Source: a virus (lineage: Duplodnaviria > Caudoviricetes). From it: a stretch of DNA of 33,655 nt. This document shows positions 27,833 through 33,655 of this stretch, piece by piece. Under the pieces are notes generated by a model. That model was not told the origin of the DNA and ran no database searches. It saw nothing but the letters and a program-made list of their open reading frames with translations. The translations under genes and the position numbers were made by a program. Every line of letters begins with the position of its first letter. The first letter of the stretch is position 1. Location of the stretch: positions 1 through 33,655 of the IMG/VR virus record IMGVR_UViG_3300011116_000906; one strand, 5' to 3'.

Positions 27833-28039
27833 TTATTCCTCCTCCTCTAATTCAAACAAATCTTCTACACTGCACTTAAAAAGTTTTGCAAGCTTAAGTG
27901 CCGTTTCGACCGTGCATCCCTGACCATTTTCAATTTTATAGACAGAAATAACTGACAAACCAACTGCTTCTGCAACTTCTTTTTGTGTCATGTCAAACTT
28001 TTTAGAACGTCTTTCAAACTTAATATTATTTTTTAACAT
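27833..28039 (-). CDS. Cro-like XRE HTH regulator
   Basis: MTQKEVAEAVGLS...KIENG...ALKLAKLF...VEDLF; AAGGAGGTGA RBS favours ATG at 28039. Confidence 0.9.
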   Translation of the reverse strand: MLKNNIKFERRSKKFDMTQKEVAEAVGLSVISVYKIENGQGCTVETALKLAKLFKCSVEDLFELEEEE

Positions 28040-28060
28040 ATTCTCACCTCCTTTAAAAAA

Positions 28061-28090
28061 AGAGTAACATACTTTTATATAATTTGTCAA
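28061..28090 (-). promoter_or_regulatory. SigA-like promoter of the replication operon
   Basis: TTGACA-18 bp-TACTCT with TG extension. Confidence 0.55.
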
Positions 28091-28180
28091 CGCAACGAAT
28101 TAAATTTTTTTAAATTATTGTTAGAATTTTAGATATAATTTTATGATATGAAAAAAATGTAAAATATGTTATATTAATTA

Positions 28181-28252
28181 TGTGCGATAATTATTGTGAT
28201 TATCACCCTCCCCCTTGTAATACGACTCGCCCACAAATGTGGGTATTTTTTT
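28181..28252 (+). ncRNA. Candidate C-rich small RNA or attenuated leader
   Basis: Extended -10 TGtTATATT (28167-28175), 5' hairpin, CCCTCCCCC tract, CCCACA-aa-TGTGGG plus T tract. Confidence 0.4.
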
Positions 28253-28263
28253 TGGAGGTAAAC

Positions 28264-28482
28264 GTGGATAAAATTAATCCAAGTCATTACAAACAAGGTA
28301 AAGTAGAGTGCATTGACGCAATTGAATCTGCTACAGTAAATCTTGATGGCGTTGAATCTTATCTAGTTGGAAATATAATTAAATATTTATGGAGATATAA
28401 CGAAAAAAATGGGTTAGAAGATTTAAATAAAGCCAAATGGTATTTAGAATTTTTAATTAAAAAGAAAGAAGGTGAGCAATGA
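28264..28482 (+). CDS. DUF3310 (SaV-like) protein
   Basis: INPSHY...ECIDAI...GNIIKYLWRY..KNGLEDL.KA.WYL; GGAGGT RBS before GTG at 28264. Confidence 0.9.
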   Translation: MDKINPSHYKQGKVECIDAIESATVNLDGVESYLVGNIIKYLWRYNEKNGLEDLNKAKWYLEFLIKKKEGEQ

Positions 28483-29264
28483 AATATATTCAAGCTGAAA
28501 TAGAAAAAGAAAATAGTGAAATTGTTATTTTTCCCATCGGGGATTTGCATATAGGCTCTGCTCACTTTGACCGAAGAATTTTAGAAAAGCAACTTAAAGA
28601 AATAGACAAAACTAAAAACGCTAGAATCATTTTGATGGGAGACCTTGCCGAAGTCGCTACTAAAACTTCTGTTGGTGCTGGAGTCTATGAGCAAGACCAG
28701 AATGGACAACAGCAAATGATGCAAGCTAAATCTATCTTATACCCGTATAAAGATATTATCGATTGTATCGTTGGAGGAAACCACGAAGAACGTATTCGTA
28801 AAGATTCGGGTTTTGATTTATCTTTATATTTTGCACAGCTGATGGGACTTGAAGACAAATACGCTAACTACCAAGGTGTAGTAAAATATACTTTTTCTGG
28901 TAGGTCATTTGATGTATCTGTCTGGCACGGTGCTGGTGGTGGTTCTACTCCAGGCGGTGCGATGAATCGCTTGCAGAAGCAAGCTAGCACTGTACTAGCA
29001 GACATATATTTGATGGGACATGTACATCAGCGACAAGCATGTAGCAAACAAATTTATATCCCTGATGAAAGAAATAATAAAATTGATTTAATGACACAGT
29101 ATTTTATCGTAACAGGGTCATCATTGACGCATGAACATAGTTACGCTGAGATGGCAGGATTTCCACCAAGTAATGTTGGATTTCCTAAAATTTATTTAAG
29201 TGTTGTACGAAAGCACAGTGATGGACATAACCCGAGATTGAAGGAAGTGCGTGTAGAAATATGA
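28479..29264 (+). CDS. Calcineurin-like metallophosphoesterase
   Basis: GDLHIG, MGD, GNHE, WHG and GHVH motifs. Confidence 0.93.
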   Translation: MKYIQAEIEKENSEIVIFPIGDLHIGSAHFDRRILEKQLKEIDKTKNARIILMGDLAEVATKTSVGAGVYEQDQNGQQQMMQAKSILYPYKDIIDCIVGGNHEERIRKDSGFDLSLYFAQLMGLEDKYANYQGVVKYTFSGRSFDVSVWHGAGGGSTPGGAMNRLQKQASTVLADIYLMGHVHQRQACSKQIYIPDERNNKIDLMTQYFIVTGSSLTHEHSYAEMAGFPPSNVGFPKIYLSVVRKHSDGHNPRLKEVRVEI

Positions 29265-29407
29265 ACGAAGGCGAATATTATGCTATGGTTGTGAGACTAA
29301 TAGAATTAAAACAAAATCCAGAAATTAATCAAGATTATATTAGGTATTTAGAATCAAAATTAGAAACTATTAACATCAATAGTTTAAGGGGTGATTCAAT
29401 TGGCTAA
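29261..29407 (+). CDS. 48-aa hypothetical protein (not in the ORF track)
   Basis: MNEGEYYAMVVRLIELKQ...; ATGA overlap with upstream stop. Confidence 0.65.
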   Translation: MNEGEYYAMVVRLIELKQNPEINQDYIRYLESKLETININSLRGDSIG

Positions 29408-29564
29408 CTTTATTAGCACAGATGATTGGGCAGACTTCCTCCATGACGGACTCATTGCGGCAGGTGTCGTACCGGATGAAGATATAATCATGATAATGAT
29501 AGACCTGACTCTAGATTTTTTTGAAAAAGAAAATATTATAGACTACTCCATCGAAATAGAGTAG
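29400..29564 (+). CDS. 54-aa acidic YozD-like protein (not in the ORF track)
   Basis: TTG start after AGGGGTGA; MANFISTDDWADFLHDGLIAAGVVPDEDIIMIMIDLTLDFFEKENIIDYSIEIE. Confidence 0.65.
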   Translation: MANFISTDDWADFLHDGLIAAGVVPDEDIIMIMIDLTLDFFEKENIIDYSIEIE

Positions 29565-29568
29565 TCTA
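29539..29568. terminator. Hairpin between convergent units
   Basis: TAGACTACTC ... GAGTAGTCTA 10-bp stem; weak U tracts. Confidence 0.6.
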
Positions 29569-29586
29569 CGAAATTATGGTAGATGC

Positions 29587-29811
29587 TTATATATATACTG
29601 TGAAATATTCGTTTTCGTAAATATCTGCCCATGAATTTGATGTATACAATTTACAATCTCCATCGTTATAAACAATTATTTCTCTAGGTTTGTAGTCTTT
29701 CCATGTGTCAAATTCCATTGTTTCAAACGGTTCAAAAACAGATTTACCGTTTTTATCAGTATAATCGTCCAATTCAATTGTATACCCTGTTTCATTTTTG
29801 ATTTTTATCAT
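29587..29811 (-). CDS. Early hypothetical protein
   Basis: GGAGGTGA RBS favours ATG at 29811 (MIKIKNETGY). Confidence 0.75.
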   Translation of the reverse strand: MIKIKNETGYTIELDDYTDKNGKSVFEPFETMEFDTWKDYKPREIIVYNDGDCKLYTSNSWADIYENEYFTVYI

Positions 29812-29824
29812 TTCATCACCTCCA

Positions 29825-30049
29825 TTAAATTTTAAATCCATCAAATGATACCAACCTTGCAAATAAATCACATACATCGTTGTATGCTTCATCATCCATT
29901 GCAATGGATTGAATGTCAGCATCCGATGCTTCGTCAGGAAAAATCCAAATCCACTCATCAAATAATTCCTCGTCATTGCACTGCATCATGCAAGTATTCA
30001 TTGCTTTTAATTGTCTTATTCTTAGTTCTGTTTTGATTGACATTATCAT
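29825..30049 (-). CDS. Early acidic hypothetical protein
   Basis: GAGGTG RBS; NDEELFDEWIWIFPDEA motif. Confidence 0.8.
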   Translation of the reverse strand: MIMSIKTELRIRQLKAMNTCMMQCNDEELFDEWIWIFPDEASDADIQSIAMDDEAYNDVCDLFARLVSFDGFKI

Positions 30050-30077
30050 AACACCTCTTTTTTTTTAAAAAAATTTT

Positions 30078-30365
30078 TTATAAAATATCATACCTTAATT
30101 TAATTTTTAGTTTTTGAGATATTTGTTCTACGATGTGGTATCCCATATCCATTCCCGCTCCAACTACTTTAATTGTTTTTCTACCATATTTATCACCTGT
30201 CACTTTGTGGTTTGTTATTTCAGCCACATAATCGGTAATATTTCTGATACTTTGAGAACCATCATGTTGCCAAGTTTCAATTTTAAAAAAACTCATTTTT
30301 CTAGATAAACCGCTTTCTGATATTTGTCTAATGGTTACATAAACAGTTTCATTTTCTTTCAACAT
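30078..30365 (-). CDS. Early conserved phage hypothetical protein
   Basis: AAGGAGGTGA RBS; SESGLSR...GAGMDMGYH motif. Confidence 0.8.
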   Translation of the reverse strand: MLKENETVYVTIRQISESGLSRKMSFFKIETWQHDGSQSIRNITDYVAEITNHKVTGDKYGRKTIKVVGAGMDMGYHIVEQISQKLKIKLRYDIL

Positions 30366-30388
30366 TTTTATCACCTCCTTCTGTTTAT

Positions 30389-30417
30389 ATTTTACTTTAT
30401 ATAATTTTAACTGTCAA
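30389..30417 (-). promoter_or_regulatory. Early SigA promoter
   Basis: TTGACA-17 bp-TAAAAT. Confidence 0.85.
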
Positions 30418-30446
30418 TACTTTTGTTAAAAAAAATTTAATAAAAG

Positions 30447-30486
30447 TTAAATCATCGTTATGTGGTTTAAATCATCGTTACGTGGT
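30447..30486. repeat. 2 x 20-bp tandem repeat containing TCGTTAYGTG
   Basis: ttaaatcatcgttatgtggt / ttaaatcatcgttacgtggt. Confidence 0.9.
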
Positions 30487-30513
30487 TATTAAAATTATAT
30501 TTTTTTGAGCTGC

Positions 30514-30542
30514 GAAAATAGAGAGTCAAGCGACTCTCTATT
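30514..30542 (-). terminator. Intrinsic terminator
   Basis: AATAGAGAGTC-4 nt-GACTCTCTATT just after the stop at 30549. Confidence 0.8.
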
Positions 30543-30548
30543 AAAATT

Positions 30549-31139
30549 TTATTCTGTTACTAAATATCCTTTACTTGTAAAATAATATTCCCTTTCTCTT
30601 GCGTATTCAATTTCATATTCCTCACTGTTAAAATAATGTAATATTACATTTAATGTTATTTTTGTTTTTTGACAAATAGATTCAAAATATTTTTTTATTT
30701 CATGACAGATAAAACTTAACAAATCATGCTGTAATTCCTGAGTTTCCCCATCGATGTTCGAAAAGGAAAATTCGAAATAGATTTGTCTTGCGTAAAAATA
30801 ATCTCTTTTAAAACTTCCTGTTAACATAACATTATGGTTTAAAATCATGTTTTTTATTTCTTCTAGTTTGTCTAATTCTAATATTTTTTCTAAAATTTGT
30901 AAAACTTGGTCGTGTGTAAAATCTGCTTCAAAAAACAAAGTATCTACATCATAGTCGCATTGCATAAAAATTTGCAAGTCTTCGGGTAAGTCGTAATCAA
31001 ATGTTAAAATATTACTTGCGTCATACTCTAACAATTCGTATTCATGTTGGAAATTATTATTTATTATAGTTCTAACTATTTTTAAAGCATTTTTCTTGTC
31101 TTCAAGTTCGTCAATTTTATAAACTTCAATTGTTTTCAT
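30549..31139 (-). CDS. Early acidic protein
   Basis: VYKIDEL N-terminus and EYYFTSKG C-terminus; D/E- and aromatic-rich. Confidence 0.8.
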   Translation of the reverse strand: MKTIEVYKIDELEDKKNALKIVRTIINNNFQHEYELLEYDASNILTFDYDLPEDLQIFMQCDYDVDTLFFEADFTHDQVLQILEKILELDKLEEIKNMILNHNVMLTGSFKRDYFYARQIYFEFSFSNIDGETQELQHDLLSFICHEIKKYFESICQKTKITLNVILHYFNSEEYEIEYAREREYYFTSKGYLVTE

Positions 31140-31142
31140 AGT

Positions 31143-31289
31143 TCACATCCTTAATAGTATTTTTAATAAAAATTTTAATTCTTCTTTTGTCGAAACGATT
31201 TCGATACTGTTTTTAAAATCGTCGGTTACGTACAAATGTACGTAACCATTTTTGACTTGATAGTCAATTTTCCCGCTGTGCAAATTCAT
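31143..31289 (-). CDS. 48-aa hypothetical protein (not in the ORF track)
   Basis: MNLHSGKIDYQVKNGYVHLYVTDDF...LLRM; ATGA overlap with upstream stop. Confidence 0.7.
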   Translation of the reverse strand: MNLHSGKIDYQVKNGYVHLYVTDDFKNSIEIVSTKEELKFLLKILLRM

Positions 31290-31564
31290 AACCTTATCCA
31301 TCCACCAGGAATATTTTCACCATAAGCAAAATTGTTGTTGCTATCGTGCCATAATTTACTACTTTTATCCTGATATAAATGCGTATGGTTTTGACAGTTA
31401 TCGCCTTCCTGATATTTTAAGATATACTGTTTTTTTTCTTTACCTTTTAAATTTAATGCTTTTACTTCGTTCTTGATATGATTGCTGCAATCAATACATC
31501 GTTTAAACTTGTCTGAAACAATTTCCCACTCGATTTCATTTCCTGTTCCGTTCCAAACTTTCAT
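31286..31564 (-). CDS. Early hypothetical protein
   Basis: GGAGGT RBS favours ATG at 31564; CIDC...C..H.H. Confidence 0.75.
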   Translation of the reverse strand: MKVWNGTGNEIEWEIVSDKFKRCIDCSNHIKNEVKALNLKGKEKKQYILKYQEGDNCQNHTHLYQDKSSKLWHDSNNNFAYGENIPGGWIRL

Positions 31565-31568
31565 GCTA

Positions 31569-31820
31569 TTACCTCCAAAAGTACGCATTAGATTCATAAA
31601 AAGAAACTTCAAGTCCACTTTCATCTGCTAGTCTTTTCAAGTGATACTGTATTTTACTTGTTGTCACGGAATATTTTTTCGTATCAATACAAACCTTTCC
31701 GTCTTTGTGATAAGCAATCATTGTGGAATAATTAACTAATTTGTGTCCGTAACTGTGCAGATTTTTGCTTGAACCTGGTTGTCCGGATAAAAACCGACTA
31801 ATTACCATTTTGTTTGTCAT
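31569..31820 (-). CDS. Early conserved phage hypothetical protein
   Basis: GGGAGGTGA RBS; LVNYSTMIA...YSVTTSKIQ motif. Confidence 0.8.
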   Translation of the reverse strand: MTNKMVISRFLSGQPGSSKNLHSYGHKLVNYSTMIAYHKDGKVCIDTKKYSVTTSKIQYHLKRLADESGLEVSFYESNAYFWR

Positions 31821-31852
31821 GTTATTCACCTCCCTTCATTAACTATAATTAT

Positions 31853-31880
31853 ATTATATCATATATATTTTATAAATCAA
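31853..31880 (-). promoter_or_regulatory. Early SigA promoter
   Basis: TTGATT-16 bp-TATAAT with TG extension. Confidence 0.75.
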
Positions 31881-31925
31881 ATCAATTTTATCGTTATGTG
31901 ATAATTTTTTTTAGTTTTTTGTAAC

Positions 31926-31950
31926 AAAAAATGAGTGCTTTCGCACTCAT
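31926..31950 (-). terminator. Intrinsic terminator
   Basis: ATGAGTGC-GAAA-GCACTCAT plus U tract on the - strand. Confidence 0.85.
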
Positions 31951-32213
31951 TGTTTTTCATCTGGACTTATGAATTGTTCATAAGTCCATATTTTTCTTGC
32001 TTGATTTTTGTGGTAATTTATTTTTTCCCACACGTCGAAAAGTGTGCACTTACTTTCTTGCGAATATTCTTTGTATAACACTAAATCAAGTATCAGACTG
32101 TATACATGGTCGAAATGTTCTAACATTTCCATGTATTCTTCGGTACTCATATCCCGTATTATTTTCTCCTCGTGCATCATAGGATGCACTTGAAATTTTC
32201 TCAATTCAAACAT
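31947..32213 (-). CDS. Early hypothetical protein
   Basis: GAGGT RBS; ends in the terminator. Confidence 0.75.
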   Translation of the reverse strand: MFELRKFQVHPMMHEEKIIRDMSTEEYMEMLEHFDHVYSLILDLVLYKEYSQESKCTLFDVWEKINYHKNQARKIWTYEQFISPDEKQ

Positions 32214-32217
32214 TTTT

Positions 32218-32376
32218 TTACCTCTTTTCTAATTTTAAATTTTCGATAATGACATTCAAGCAATTCTTGTATCCCTCCAAAAAATGTTTTCGCTTTTCTT
32301 CGTCGTTCATTTTCATTTGCTCTTCAATAATTTCACTATCTTTTTGAAGTGTATAAATCAATTCAACTACGTTCAT
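32218..32376 (-). CDS. 52-aa hypothetical protein (not in the ORF track)
   Basis: MNVVELIYTLQKDSEIIEEQ...KLEKR; GGAGGTGA RBS. Confidence 0.8.
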   Translation of the reverse strand: MNVVELIYTLQKDSEIIEEQMKMNDEEKRKHFLEGYKNCLNVIIENLKLEKR

Positions 32377-32408
32377 GTCATTCACCTCCATTCATTAACA
32401 TTAATTAA

Positions 32409-32437
32409 ATTATAGCATATTATTGTTATATTGTAAA
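32409..32437 (-). promoter_or_regulatory. Early SigA promoter
   Basis: TTTACA-17 bp-TATAAT with TG extension. Confidence 0.85.
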
Positions 32438-32489
32438 TACTTTTTATCGTTTTGTCGTTATGTGAAGACGATAAACCATATTTCTGGAT

Positions 32490-32513
32490 AAAAAAAAGAG
32501 TGCTATCGCACTC
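32490..32513 (-). terminator. Intrinsic terminator
   Basis: GAGTGC-GATA-GCACTC plus U8 on the - strand. Confidence 0.85.
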
Positions 32514-32611
32514 TCATTTTTTACCCCCCCCAATTTTTGAGTCCAACCACATCAAGAGTGTGGTCAGGCTGTATGCTGTACAGATAAGTATTATTAATAA
32601 TATTAAGTTTA

Positions 32612-33046
32612 TCATTCGGTCAACTCCCTAAGTGCTTCTATAGTACCGCAGTCTGTGCAGATGTCTGCACCATCTAGCCGCGATACTGCATTACAATCGG
32701 TGTCTAGCCTTTCCCCGCACTTTGGACACCTTTTAACTTCCCCCCCGTTACCTGAAAGACGTTTAATTGCGTTTTCCTTTAAAATACTAACTAATTCCTC
32801 GATACTCATTCTTACAAGTCGTGCGTGCGGTATATCGTAAAAATCTCCCGCATTGTCGCAAATAGTCTTGTAGCAGTCTAACCAAAACTCGAAAGTACCT
32901 TCTGTAAAGCAGAAGTCCATTTTTTCAGGTGCGAAGTCCATTTTTGCAGGTGCAGTGGAACTTCCTACATCCCAACCTAGGATAAAATCTCCTAAGTTTT
33001 TACTAATTTCGAACGTGCCTTTCTGATCGCAATACGCTTTATACAT
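32612..33046 (-). CDS. Early protein with C-terminal zinc ribbon
   Basis: GGGAGGT RBS favours ATG at 33046; CPKC...AVSRLD...ICTDCG..EAL. Confidence 0.8.
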   Translation of the reverse strand: MYKAYCDQKGTFEISKNLGDFILGWDVGSSTAPAKMDFAPEKMDFCFTEGTFEFWLDCYKTICDNAGDFYDIPHARLVRMSIEELVSILKENAIKRLSGNGGEVKRCPKCGERLDTDCNAVSRLDGADICTDCGTIEALRELTE

Positions 33047-33130
33047 TTTTCTTACCTCCCGATTTTTATTTTTCCAGCTTGTCTTCAACTACTCATTTTA
33101 GGTTATCAATATGCAGACGCCCCCGCCTCA

Positions 33131-33159
33131 ATTATACTATTTTTGTCCATACATGTACA
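33131..33159 (-). promoter_or_regulatory. Possible first early promoter
   Basis: TGTACA-17 bp-TATAAT followed by an approximately 80-nt leader. Confidence 0.5.
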
Positions 33160-33486
33160 GTATTTTTTATAACTTTAGTGTTATTTTTTATTACATTATA
33201 TAGGTATGTAGGGATAAGGTGCATCCAACTGATAACAAAAACATCTGGAACGTCACTAGACGCTTTAAAATCGATTCTAAGCAATTTTAGTGCTTTCTAA
33301 TGGTTTAGTATTAACTTTTATTTTAAATTGATTGTAGGCTATTTTAGAAAGCCAAATCATTTTACATATCCCGCTTCAATTTAATAATTTTATAACATCA
33401 TTATACTATATGTTAAATATACCATAATATAACATATCTTTTATAAAATGTAACTATTGTAATAATGTGGTATAAATGAGTGCATG

Positions 33487-33516
33487 AGAACGTATGTGCG
33501 TGCAAACGCATGTTCG
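33487..33516. promoter_or_regulatory. Two LexA (Cheo)-like boxes
   Basis: AGAACGTATGTGCG and CAAACGCATGTTCG versus consensus CGAACRNRYGTTCG. Confidence 0.45.
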
Positions 33517-33528
33517 TGTACGATACCC

Positions 33529-33655
33529 AGGTTACCCAAAATCGTTTGGTGTATATAAAATTATTACATCACATACATTTTTCCATTTTCAACAAATACC
33601 ATTTTTTTCCATTAAAACAGCAAAAAAAATAAGTACAAATGTACTTAATGTGTAT
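33529..33655. repeat. Terminal direct repeat, right copy
   Basis: Identical to 1-127. Confidence 0.95.

Noticed and set aside
28218-28228. TAATACGACTC, matching the first 11 nt of the T7 promoter
   Set aside because: It lacks ACTATAG, occurs once, and no single-subunit RNA polymerase is encoded; likely chance.
27833-28260. Classical lysogeny switch
   Set aside because: Only a Cro-like gene is present; no divergent CI, integrase or att-associated genes were found.
30447-30486. Repeats as a CRISPR mini-array
   Set aside because: The copies are directly adjacent with no spacers; the same applies to 178-219. No cas genes are present.
21635-33300. Short + strand ORFs opposite early genes (e.g. 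21635-21892, 23788-24045, 32655-32840, 33079-33300)
   Set aside because: They are antisense to coherent - strand operons or overlap promoters, and lack convincing RBSs.
33529-33655. 127-bp terminal repeat as a biological DTR
   Set aside because: The length matches a standard assembler k-mer overlap. It indicates circularity or completeness, not the physical ends.
1-33655. tRNA genes, introns/inteins or alternative genetic code
   Set aside because: No cloverleaf was recognised by eye, core genes are intact and of normal length, and standard-code ORFs tile the genome densely.

Overview
The window is an apparently complete, circularly assembled, AT-rich tailed phage genome of 33,528 unique bp; bases 1-127 recur exactly at 33529-33655. 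The host is probably a member of Bacillota, judging from AGGAGGTG ribosome-binding sites, SigA-type promoters, an M23-LysM endolysin, XhlA, and 3D-domain and YozD-like genes. The + strand (402-21444) carries TerL, portal, scaffold, capsid, short-tail (podovirus-type) proteins, a tail fibre with a chaperone domain, a 1865-aa polyvalent internal protein, lysis genes, a displaced TerS and three very basic small proteins. The - strand (21469-28039) carries a replication/recombination module, followed by a small + strand operon (DUF3310-like, metallophosphoesterase, YozD-like). A - strand array of early-gene cassettes (29587-33160) repeats a terminator / TCGTTAYGTG motif / promoter unit. I found no integrase, CI repressor, tRNA or CRISPR array. 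The best leads are the injected ART+metallopeptidase+LPD38 protein, the cassette array and its motif, a candidate C-rich sRNA, tandem LexA-like boxes, a mirror-repeat/G4 element near the likely packaging region, and the TerS-linked basic protein set. All family assignments come from motif recognition by eye, not from database searches.
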